In this document: positions 13,191 through 26,000 of the stretch, in pieces
Layout of the letters: each line of letters begins with the position of its first letter
Position numbering within the stretch: position 1 is the first letter of the stretch
From: Nemertoderma westbladi
Lineage: Eukaryota > Animalia > Xenacoelomorpha
Assembly: GCA_032718475.1 (NCBI GenBank)
Contig: JAUCBJ010004629.1
Span: 31,720 to 95,719, forward strand
Reading direction: 5' to 3'
DNA: 64,000 bases
Notes under the pieces: model-generated
The model's database searches: none
What the model saw: only the letters and a program-made list of their open reading frames with translations
What the model was told of the DNA's origin: nothing
Program-made: the position numbers and the translations under genes

Positions 13191-13609
13191 TGCAGTTTTC
13201 TGTCAATTTATAATAATATTAATAATAATTATTATTAAATAATACACATGGTTACAATAAGAATGGATAGAATAATAACAAAGGAATTAGGAATTGTGCT
13301 GGTTATGGCAATGATCTAAGCACTATAAAACACTAGATCAGAAGATGAAAAAAATGTATATTTATATATGATGGACCAAGGTATAAATTAGTCCAGGCAT
13401 GTTTTACAGAATTTTGGTTGCATTAAATCGAGTACAGGTCATATAACCCTATTTGTAAAACTTTTTCACATCCACATTCCCAAAAACATACCTTCACTAT
13501 GACACTATTCAATAGTATCCAGTATGTTCAGTCATTGGATGGTATGGTGGTCATCTAGCAGACATCTGCTAGTGTGATGGATTCATCTATCTATTAAGGT
13601 TAAGAGAAT

Positions 13610-14615
13610 CACTCTTACTACGATGGGCATGCTGCAATGCAGCTGCATTATATATATATATATTACATATATATTAAGAATGCTGTGCCGGCACAATGAA
13701 ATGGACATTGGCATTGACATTGACAAAATTGCGCCGCCACAACTGTCACCCACGACATTTGCTAGATCATCCTCATCTCCAATCCAGTTCTTGGGCCTTG
13801 AGACACCTTTGATGCATCTCAAGAAAGTCATGGGCCGTCCTCCATGCTTATTCGCTCCATGAGGTTACCAAAGCAAAAGATTATGCACTGGCGGTTGAGG
13901 TGGTTCCATTCAAGTGTCAAGCTAGGGGAGACCAATGGAACACCTCCAATGTTGTATAGTCTGATTGGAGATGTGTTCAATGTACTTGACACAATGAAAC
14001 CAGCGCAGCATTCTTGTGAAAGTGCCATGTAGAGATTTGGCATCCTCTGCAGTTAGAGCCCAGCATGGACTCCCATATAAGAGTTCTGGAAATATTACTG
14101 CCATATAATCGAACCTTAAGGTTCCGTTTTATTCTATGGGACTTCCAAATGTTGGACAGACTATTTAACACTGCCCATGCCTTGCCCTTATGCATCCAAA
14201 GGTCTTTACCTGACTTTATGATCCATGATCCCAAGTTGCAGAAGTCATCCACGTGCACAACTAAGCCGTCCTTAGATCCTATGCCCTTAAGATCAGACAT
14301 TTATTAAGGGCCGTCTAGGTTGACTGTCATGATTTTGGTCTTCTTGGAACTTACAAAAAAACCAACACTAGAAGCAACCTGCTCCAATGAGCAGATGAGC
14401 CTTTGGGATCCCTCTAGTGATTCTGACAGTTCTCCTAAGTCATCAGCAAAGTCTAGATCAGTAAGGTCCTTTGCTGGAATTCCTCTACTTCTTGTGTCAG
14501 TACTGGGTGTTACCATCGCCCTATCTTTATTCATCAGCAGTAGACACAAATGTGGTGGAACCATCGTATAGTGATCGAATAGCTTCAATAATTTCCTCAG
14601 GAATCCCATACGAAT
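13610..14615 (-). mobile_element. RTE-group LINE 3' fragment (duplicate of 5122-6085, less deleted)
   Basis: LTDLDFADDL, KKTK and LGSWI motifs, plus the shared 3' UTR. Confidence 0.85.
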
Positions 14616-16557
14616 CACACTGTCTGTGAAGGTAAATTTATTCTAGACAGCAGTATAGACACCAGCTTCTTGAAGGTACATACACCAGGATGCTGCGTAG
14701 GGTTTATGGCATAAAATACAATGCTCACTTAACAAATTAGGAATTGTACAATCTCGGTAGTAACCGAGAATTGCCAAAGCCCAGCACCACCCTACAGTCA
14801 ATATGAATGAGTCTTACAGGCTATTTCCATCGTAGAACTGATCAGTCTGTGCAAGATCTTCTTCTGTGGTAGCCATTGACATTCCTGTTATGTCTGAAAG
14901 ACAATGGCGTAGATAATGCAGATTATGATAATCAGATACCACTACCATTTCTTTGGTAAAGTATGCTTACTTAAAATTAACATTATTATGTTAACAAACA
15001 AGCAGTTAATTTAAGTAGATAATATTTCTGGAACTCCTTGAGATAATTAATTTCCTTCAAAGCAATAAATTGTTTTTTATTTTAAAATATAACATTATTT
15101 TAACATATTCCATAGAAAATGCGTTAAACAATAAATTATTCTACATTATGCTCTTTTACATTATTTTCACTTCAAATTTAGCCATCTTAATTTAATTACA
15201 ATATTTAACCTATATATCATTAGCAAAATTTACATTGATCGGAACTAACTGGAATATAAATTATTAAACATATGTTATGTCTATAAAATTTTAGGATTCT
15301 AGAGCTTGTTTCAAAAATATAAACAAATATATACTATAATCCACCTGCTGCATTGCAGGTACACATTGAGATGATATGCCAGCTTAACAAAAACATTTTG
15401 TCACCATCATGCAATCCACAATTGGCATGCTCCAATGCAGCGTGCATGAAGAATGCTATGCCGGCTTATGGACAAAATGTATATATCCCTTTTGAATTTC
15501 GAGAGATTATCCACAAGGTCAGCATCCTTTGAGAGGCTTTTCAAGAAAGTCATGGGCTGTCAACCTTGCTTATTATCTCCATGTGATTGCCAAAGCACAA
15601 GATTGTGCACAGGCTCGTCCTCACGGCGAAAGCAATCAAGGGCCATACTCCTAGTCATCTTTGTAGCTCTACTTCAAGGCCTTTTCATATTTAACCTAAT
15701 TTTCTCTGTACAATGTCATGGCTGATCATTGTAGTCAGTATTTATGATGTTAAGATATTTCACAGGGTTTAGAGAATAGAATACAATTATATTTGTTCTT
15801 TATTATATATTAGATTTATTTTACTTTATATTAGATCTTATTGCCTAAAATTTGCAGGAACATCAGTCTTGTAGCCCTTGTTATTCTTGTAGTCCTGTGA
15901 ATGCCAGGTAGCCACTGACATTCCTGAAAGGTTTGCTGAAGTTAGTGACTGTTTTCGATAACGGCAGAAGAAATGATGTGCTTGTGCAATGCACATTTGC
16001 ACAAGCACCTCATGCACATACACAATGTGCATGGCTAATAAGGATGTTTCTGTACCTGTACAACTGTATATCTATAAACTGTGAGGTGGAATCTTCAGTT
16101 AGGTGTTCGGCAACGAAACTACCCCCTAACCCTAGAGGTTTATCGCAAACTCTGTGTAGTGATTGGTCCCCTATTATATTAAAAAGCAGCTGGATGGGAT
16201 GAAGGAAGTCATCTTAGTTCCGTTCGCAGTTCACAAATATTTGACAATGAAAACACCACCTATTAAAAATAAATCGTATTCAATACAGTAGTAATTATTA
16301 TAAACAATTACAAAGGAGCTACTATATTAAACAAACCATAAGAGGAGTAAACATACTACGACAAACAACACCTTACAATGTAAATGACTTACATAATGAG
16401 AGGTATATCATAATTATAAAAAATTGTGAATGCAATGCGTTGTGTAGTGCTGATAATATAATTAAACTATGTCATTGATTCACTTGACTTTAATAATAAT
16501 TCATTGTCAGCTAAATATCCATATCTGTAGTTATATATGATTTTTATGTGATCAATA

Positions 16558-17019
16558 TCAATTGCCTTCCAGTTTGTGTTTCTCTACAATGGTTGCCATC
16601 TGGTTGGTTTCGTAAATGTTCCAATAAACTAGGTTGAATAAGATAAACATGGAAGGAAATAATATTCTGGCAACCCTGTCGACTTTGGTGACTTTATCCC
16701 CTTTAGGAAGTTGGAAGCAGGCGTGGTTGTATAATCTTTTGCGCGGTTCTGTTGCGGTCTCTGGGACTGTGGTGCCTCGCCATTGGGCCCTTCGGGGCGA
16801 GAGGTAGCCCAAAGAGGGCGATCCGTGATTAGATGCGTTGTAGAGAGGTCGGCGAAGAGAACCAACACCTGAGGGGTGTCGTCGGGTACGCGGCGACGGA
16901 AGAGGTCGGATGTGTTCAGGGATGTCTACCCAAGAGTTTTCTTTCCGAGGAAGTGTTGGCGAATCGTTCACAGTGAAGGTCGACAGACGAATTGCAACGA
17001 GATCGTTATGGGAGAATGC
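16558..17019 (-). CDS. GABA-A beta-like exon 9 (M3-M4 loop, M4, stop)
   Basis: Acceptor ttccctgcag. Encodes [22 protein letters not shown]. Confidence 0.9.
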   Translation of the reverse strand, partial: AFSHNDLVAIRLSTFTVNDSPTLPRKENSWVDIPEHIRPLPSPRTRRHPSGVGSLRRPLYNASNHGSPSLGYLSPRRAQWRGTTVPETATEPRKRLYNHACFQLPKGDKVTKVDRVARILFPSMFILFNLVYWNIYETNQMATIVEKHKLEGN

Positions 17020-20000
17020 CTGCAGGGAAAATTTGAAAATACAGGAAACAATCAGGTCATCCATATTACCAATTATAATAGATAGAAATAGAAAAATATG
17101 TTAAATGTGGTAAAGGCAGACATAAAAAAATGTCATGATTCCCCCCTGACTCACATTCATGTACTCCCTGTCCTGTGCGATCTGTTTCCTTACAGTCTCA
17201 ATCTTAGCCTTCACTCTTGTCATATCATGGACCCGGACTTTCCACTGGTTGTAATTCACAATAGCGAACTCGATCAGTGCCGCAAAGACAAAGGCGAAAC
17301 TGGCCAGAAGATAAACGTCGATGGCTTTAACATAAGAGAATGGAGGTAAGGATGATCTTGCCTGACCAAAGATTGTACTCATTGTCAACACTGTAGTAAT
17401 TCCTAGAAATACAAAGTTTTTTCAGTACAAACATAGCACATTTCGTAAAGCTTATTGTAGCAATATAACTGTTGCCATATATATTGCTAGCTTTTATATA
17501 CTAGCTTCGTTTTTTATCAATAGATCTAATAAAAATTAAAATAGCATCACTTTATAGGAGCTGTAAAATAACTAATATGTCAAATGTCTACGAGCATTCC
17601 GTGTTTAATAATAATGAATGGGAGAATATTTTAGGCATGTTAGGCCAAGGAATACCTGTTCACCACCATGGGTGATCTTCCACAGTAAACCCTTCCACTG
17701 TGTTTCCCAAGTTGCCTTGGTTCCCATTCATCGACCAGTGAAGGATGAAAGCCAGGGTTGGGGTATGGCATTTAACCATATTACCACTGGGGAGTTTAGA
17801 CCATTAGCAGCACTGGCGGGTGGCCGATTTGGTCCCCCCCTGTATTTTTGTAATCATCCAATGAAATCCGACGAAATTTAGGGTGTAGGTGAAAAACTTA
17901 TTGAAGAACATTTTCAAATCCAAAAAAAATGAAAATTTCATAAGGAGAGTATAATAATTTTCATGAAAAATAGAAGTAGTCCCAGGACAAAATATAAAAT
18001 TCTTTGATATTCTAAAAATTCATAGTGTGGCATTGTTGGCTAGCGTTAGGTTAGTAGGTTTTTCACAACACTGAATCGAATGTGATTATATTGGATTTCC
18101 GAAAATTGAACTGGATGCTATTTTTCGTGCATTTAACCCTATTAGTACCGGGCTATAAAATGTTGTACAAATACCGGGGGGGGGGTCATATTGACCCCCC
18201 CCCCCCCCCCCCCCTCTAAAATCTACAAATATTTACGAAAACGTCTGATTTTTTGTTTGTACGTAGGTATCACTTGTCTGGATCCGACCGAAAAAAAAAT
18301 TTTCGAAAAAATGTACTGGGGTGGTTATATTGCAGCACCAAAATTACAAGTAGTGCACAATTTTCACCAAATTTGAAAGTTACATTTTCGGCTAATTATT
18401 TTTCAATACAGGTTTTCTGGGGTGCAAAATACATTGGAAAATATTAAAAAATGATATGATTACTATAAATGGCTGTTTAGTCCTCTCTGCGTAGGAAAAA
18501 AATGAAAAAACAAGTAACCAGCACTTTTCAGTTAGAACACAAAATTTTTAATTCACTTATACGATGCTATAAATTCACATTTTCAGGTTTTCGAGGGCGC
18601 TGATTCTAATGGAATACATTTCTAATGTGCCAGATCATTGCTACTTGTATTTTTGGCGTAATTTGGCAAATTTTGGTGCTAGCACCAAATTTCGTACCCA
18701 TCACCAAAAAGTACAAGTTAGCGATGTCCAGTGCTGTTTTTATTGATTCCATCGGATTCAGGACCCTCATAAACCCGTATAACGCAAGAAACAAGGTGAT
18801 ACTATCTACTTATCAATTTGCATATTTTCCAAAATTTGGTGCTGGCACAACAATTTTCACCCACCGGTGAAAAATACAAGTTTGAGAACTCTTATGAAAT
18901 TTTTACTGATTCCATTGAATTCAGAACCATCACAAACCCGTATAACGCAAGAAACAAGGTGACACAATCAATTGATATATTTGATGGTTTTCAAAATTTG
19001 GTGCTAGCACCACATTTTGCACCCACATCCGAAAAATACAAGTTTGCGATGTCTAGTTCGATAATTATATTTTCCATTGAATTCAGAACAGCCATAAACC
19101 TCTAAAACGCAAGAAATAAATTGTCACAAGCAATTTTATCTATTGAATGGATTTTCAAAATTTCGTGCTAGCACCAAAATTTGCACACAGCACCGAAAAA
19201 TACAAGTTTGATACGCTTGGTGCAACTCGTATATATTTCATCAAATCCAGAAACCCAAAAAACCCCAATTGCGTAAAAAACAAGTTTCAAACTTTCAATT
19301 TACAAAATTGACTTATTTCAAAATTTGGTGCTGGCACCAAAATTTGGTACCCGCCGAAAAATACAAGTTTGAAATTTCTAAATCAATTGATATGAATTCC
19401 ATCAAATTTCTAACACCAAAAAACCGGTGTAAATCAAAAATAGAGATGTTACAATTCATATTTAATGAAATGTAATTTTCAAAAAACGTCTCAAAAAAAG
19501 TGCCAAAAGTAGGGTTAAAAAATGGTGCTATAACTCGAAAAGTACCCAATATTTTTGAAAACGGTTTTCACTACTAGGAAGACAATAGATTTTTAGGAAA
19601 AGTCATAAAATTTCAGATTCCCAACTGCGTTTGTTTCAGAATTATAATAAAAAAACCATGGGAGGGGTCATATTGACCCCCCCCCCCGGGTTTAATAGGG
19701 TTAAGAAGTGGGCATGGCACTTCAAATTTTGAAAAATACGATATTCGCAACATGCCCCGAAGTTTTGATTTCAACGCCTCTATTGGTGTTCTGGACTGCT
19801 GAATCGATTGAGAGTAATATAGAAGCCTGAATACGTAGTTGTTCGTCACTTTTGAAGCACCAAAATTACAAAATATGATGTACCTCTAAGAATTGAGGCT
19901 TCTATATTACTTTCAATTGATTCAGCGGGCAAGAAAACCCATAAAAATGCGTTGAAATCAAAACTTTAGAGTATTTAACGAATATTGCAATTTTGAAAAT

Positions 20001-23000
20001 TTGAGGTGCCACGCCCTAATTTTGGTGCACCAAAAATTACGTACCACTACACTTCCATACTTATATCGAGTAGTAGAATGCTCCCGACGAATTAGAATCA
20101 ATAAAAAAATCCCCAACATAAATAATTACGAACTCAGAAATGACGTTGTAAAATTCGAAAATTTCAAAAAAATTCTGCTGGGGACCAAATTTTGAGATAG
20201 CACCCACATCGAAAAATAGAAATCTAATTGCAACGCCGCTTTTTGCAATGATGCGCCATGAAATTTAACTAATTCTCGTAAAAAATTAGGCAGGTACATA
20301 ATGTTGTTGCATAGATACAGAAATTAAAAAAGTTTAGAAAGTACTACTTTTTTAAAACTAGTTTAAAAAGTAATAATTATGGTAAATAGTTTCAGTATCA
20401 ATCAGGGTGAGTCGCCAAGGAGGCAGATACAACTTAAATGAATTACATTAAACGATATCAGGATGAAGCAACAAATAATTACAATTAATCCCTGTTCCAG
20501 TGAGCACTGTTTGAGCGTGGATCCGGAAGTCGCGTAATGGGAAGGAATGGGCCGTATTGAATAGTCTGTTTAGGATTTGGAAGTCCCATAGAATAAAAGG
20601 GAATCTCAAGGTTCGATTATTTAGGGCAGCAGTAGTACCAGTACTCCTATAAGGGAGTCCATGCTGTTCTCTAACTGCTGAGGACACCAAATCTCTTGGT
20701 GGCACTTATACAAGAATGCTAAGCCGGGTTCATTGTATCAAGTACAATGAACAGATCTCCAATCAGACTCTTTACAACTAACATTTGAGGTCTTTCATGA
20801 GTCCCCCTCGCTTGACACTTGAACGGAGCCGCCTCTGCTTTGTAGGACATTACTTTTGCCGTGAGTACCAGCTAGTGCACAATGGTGTCCTTTGGACGCT
20901 TCATGGAGTGAATAAGCATGGTTAACAGCCCATGGCTTTCTTGCAGATGCAAATAATCTACCAAATATCATGGGTGACAGGAATTTTTACAGGTATAACT
21001 CTGTCGAGAAGAGGCGCAGCAGTTTTAATAGCCAGAGGTAATGTTCACTGGGCAACACCACACTTAATAGCTGGCCACACTTTATAAATATATTCTTACA
21101 AACACTAAACAAACCGGCAACTTCCCTCCTATAATTCAGTAATAAAAGCATTTTATTTGAATAAAATACCTTTTATTATTGATTTCCCATATATTATAAA
21201 GGGAAAAGTTTTTAAAAGTCTTCAAAACTATTTTATTTTTAAGTAATTTTATGTTTATAAGCAACGCACCCAATGCTACTCGCGCAGAACTGGCTTCATG
21301 ATTGATCCAAAATGAGATCCAACTCAGCATAACAACGAGAATGCAAGGCATATAAGTCTGCAGAGAAAAGTATCCGATGTCACGTCGTAGATAGAAGACC
21401 AAGTATAGTCTAGTGTAGCTTCCAGTCTCAAATACTTGAACAGTCTAAACAAAACGGAAATTAATTAGTTGGGCCTAAGGTTATATTGTTTATTTACCGC
21501 CACTACTGCCATCGCAGAACTGATCAACATGTGTATGATGATCTTGTTGTATTTCAGCCGGCTGATTAGTGTTAACCATTGGTGATGGTCAGCCATTGAT
21601 AATTTTTTTTTTTTTTTTTTTAGTTAATTTAAATTTTTAGGCTCATTAAGCCAAGGAATACCTGTTCACCACCATGGGTGATCTTCCACAGTAAACCCTT
21701 CCACTCAAATTTTTTCATAATTTAAATAATAACAATTTAGATAAAAATAAATTTTTTTGGGAAAACTAGTTTTCGGAGTTTTAAATACGATCAAGCAGTG
21801 AGAAGAGGTGATTTTTCCTGATTCATCTACAAAACACACTGGAATTGGGGAGCTACATTGCTGACCCCGAAGTCAATATTTATCATCTTATGTATTAGAT
21901 TTCTGAAGCGCATTTTATTTCGCATTCGCGATATTGCTAGAAACAGTTTTACATCATTCAAAATTTCTTACTTGAGCGAAGTTGGGCATAGATGGCACAC
22001 AATTAATCATAACGCACAGTTTTAATCTTACTGACACGGTTTCAAAGTAATTAAAGAACTTTATAGACCCGGTTCACAATAATTTAGGAAACTTACTGAC
22101 CTTGTTCACGTATCGGTAAACAACCTGATACTGTGGAAGTTGTTGCCCAATCAACCCAGTGATAGCTCGTTCTTTCTTCCAGGCCAGCATCATGTCATTA
22201 TCTGAGTAACCATCTGGGAATAATTAGTAAGAAGCTCTGATTATAGTCCAGCAGCAGGCTGAGTACACGCCCCTCTCCATCCTATTCTATAACCCCATTA
22301 ACAAATTAAGTATTCCAGGAATAATCAAGGACCATATAGCTTCAACCTAAGAGTTGCATAACTGCATAACATTAAGTCTCGAGATTATTGTAATCTTGTT
22401 TTCAAATATTATAATTTATAATGAAATATACCGGATTATGGCTCGTGCAGTACTTTTACTGTATTTTATTGAATGGAATGTTCGTATGAATTACGAAAAA
22501 CAAAGAAACTCTAAAAATACAATAACAATAGTATAATAATTATAGTCGTGTTGAAATAAAACAGTTCTCAGTTTCGATTTTAAAATTTGCAATGTAGTGG
22601 CTGATCGCACATCATTGCGGCATGGTGGTGGTTTATTTACCATTATAACAGTGCAGTATTTTATACCAGTGTACAGTCGTACTGTAAAATATTATTTGAA
22701 TTTCCCTCCAAATAACATGGGTGATGGTGGGTTTTTACATTATTTTTATTCATTTATTAATATTTCGCTATACAATTCTACATCGGTTTATCTCAACTAA
22801 CAACTTTCAACTTGCAGACTGCAGTTCTGAACGTCGTGTGGAAACTTGTGCAACACCATCTTACAGGCTGCTGTTATGGTTATTCGTAGACCATAGGTTA
22901 TATTACCGTTACGATATATTCGCAGCAAGCGATTCTTTACCGTGACGTCACCAAGCTAGATTAAAATTGCAAATATATAAAGTTTAGCTTTTATTATTTT

Positions 23001-26000
23001 ATAACAGCACTTTAGAATTTCTTAATGAATAATTTATCTGATGCTTATATGTTTATATTATCCAGTGTCCAAGCAGCGAGGAAGGGTTTACGAGCCTAAA
23101 AGAATCTCCCATTCATCATACAGTGTTCAGGTGTTTTAATCCATCAAAATATAAATGTTTATATTATATACTCGTACTCTATGAATTAGATCGGGAAACA
23201 CAACAGGGGGGGGGGGGGGGGGGGGGGGGGTGATCGGCGAATTAATATTTCGTCTCAATGTTAGAGACACGGGGGCGAAAGTGAACGCAAATCCCATCTT
23301 GGCGAATTATTATCAACCCTCAATGTTTAGGGAAATGAGTAGGTTACAGTTGCACGTTATTTTAACCAAAACAATAAACTAAGCACAATAGAACAGGTTA
23401 TATTTTATTTTTGAGAGTAATCATCTGTTATTTGCGTCCAATTTCACCTGGAGAGGGTTTAATGGTGGTTTTCGTTGGTTTTATGTGAAAGAGCATGTGA
23501 AAAAACCCCAGAGAGCAATTTTACTTCAAAAAAAAATTACATTGGCTGAGTTATAGCGATTTTAAAACGCTAAATTAACAACATCGAAAAATCAGGCCGT
23601 TTCAGAAAACTGCACTAGTGACGTCACTAGTGCAACAGTAAATGCTCATTGGTTACTATACAATATAAATCTCTTAGTAACTAAAATAAATAATGTAGCT
23701 AATATATATTTAGTGTGTTAAGATTACATTATTTGATATCCTTATGGCGGCAATTGATTCATAACAAGTTAAATATTCCAGAAGAATATTTATTTCTCCC
23801 AAAACGTACAGTTGTTAGATATAAAAATAAAACATATTTTGTAGCTAAAACTGCCAGGTGGTAGAAATCCAGTAGCTTATTGATGTTTTATTAAGCTTCA
23901 AAACTAAGATTACTTTAGATTAGATTGTGGATTCGCACTTTTTCGATTGCAATTACTTTTATATAAGTTAAATTATTGATTTCAAAATAGCATTGATAGT
24001 TATCAATAATTCTAGAATAGTTAAGTTGTAGCTAACCCTTATTTCAGTTAAATAGCTAACTCAAATATTGGCCTACTACTGCACATTATTACGGACAGTA
24101 GCTGCGTTTATACTAAAAATAATATATCCACTAAAAGGCACTACTACAGTATGTGTACCCATGACCGGGATATTTTTGTAGTAGTTTTTGCTACTTTTAT
24201 TGTTTTTTATGTTCTATGTCATATTAGCTCTATAGTTTTGCAAAAAAAAATGTTCTAGAACAAATCTTTCTCTTTCTCTTTGTACGACATTGGTTGCAAT
24301 CTGATGACTGCAGTCTCATTGGTTGGTCTGGGTACAGACGGGTGCAATTTGGTTTGTGGCGGTCAATTTAAATGAGTTGAAATTCTGCAAATCTTGGGCA
24401 ATCTTTCTTGTTCTAGAAGATATTTTAACAAATTTATAATTCCTAATAATACACCTTAAAATGTAAATCTGTTGCCATTAAATACTTCAAAATATTATTC
24501 TAGAATGTTTTTTAATGTTTACAGTAGTAGCTTTACTTTAACTGTTTTCATTAAATAAAATGCCACGTCACGAAAACAAAAAGTGCTCTAAAGATCCAAA
24601 TATTATTGAGATTTCCAAAGAATAGTATAAAAGAAAAGTACATAATTTCGAAAAATTAATTTTAAATTAATTTTAATAATAGCTAGAAAAGATAACTTGG
24701 AAAATCACTAGCTAGCCTGATTATTTGTATTTAAAAAAATTTTTTATTAATGTTTATAGATAAATAAACTATGTATTACACATAATTACTAATTTTTAAG
24801 AAATTTTTTTTATTTTATTTTTTTTTTAATAATAGCTAATTTGGAAAATCACTAGCTAGCCTGATAATATGTATTTTTAATGTTTATAGATAAATAAACA
24901 ATTTATTACACATAATAATAAATTTTTAATAAATTTTTTTTTTTATATAAAAATGTTCTAGAACAAAAAAATTTGTTCTAGAACATAATTTTTTTAGCTA
25001 ACATGAAATAGAATAGTTATAAATAAAAAAGTAGCAAAAACTAGCTATAGTGAAAAAAATATGGTCATGGGTACACATACTGTAGTAGTGCCCCACTAAA
25101 ATACATCAAATAATGAGATAGCAAGTATAGAATAATTATTGACAGGGTCGCAAATGCCAAAAGACGCTCACGTAATGGAGCGGGTTTCTTCAAGTGCGAC
25201 ATATATTGCGGTGTGCCAAAATGCCCCAATAATTCCATCAATGTCAGGAGAATATATCTGTAAGTGTTCCGCATGGAATAAAAAGAAGAAAGCTGTGGTT
25301 CACCAAATCTGGGAGACATGATGCCGAGAACGCAAACTTAAGTACACGTATCTACTTCTGCCCCTATTGAATATAAATTGTAGTTATAAATAAATTAATA
25401 CAATTAATTGAGTGGTTATATGGGGTGAGTACAAAACAAAGACCAATGACCTAATTAAGTAACCTGCATAATCTTGTAACATGTGTTAACTCTAGTTTAT
25501 TGTTTTGGTTCCCCGAACACGCCTCTGTAACCTGCTCATTTAAATGGCAATGGGCACTGTACAAAACAAAGAGGTAAATTCGCGTTAGGTCCCTAAGAGC
25601 GTTAGCCCCCATTTAAGGTAGCGGGCTAGTAAAGGAGCAGGTGACAGAGGCGTGTTCGGGGAACCAATAACTGTATAATAACTTTTACTAGCACCCCTGT
25701 AGCTACTATTGAAAAATGCTCCTTAAAATTCTAGAATTTTTACCATCTTGCTAAATAACTTGACAAAAAAACGAAATAATTTCCATCTAGTGCTAATCTA
25801 CCCATCCCGCATTGTTCGTTGTAAAAACGATTAAAAAGTCTATTAATGAAACGCCTGGCAGTATTTAGCTAGCTATATTTGTTTTTAGCTACAGCTCTAT
25901 GGTATGGTATGGGCGAAATAAATATTATTCTAGAATAATTAACTTGATATGAATAATTTGCCTCCATACCGCTATCCTATAATCGATTCTTAACACAACG

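Larger units (their letters stand above)
8441..16232 (+). repeat. Segmental tandem duplication, copy 2
   Basis: Colinear with 1790-7490. Carries an extra segment 8578-10434 that is absent from copy 1. Confidence 0.93.
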
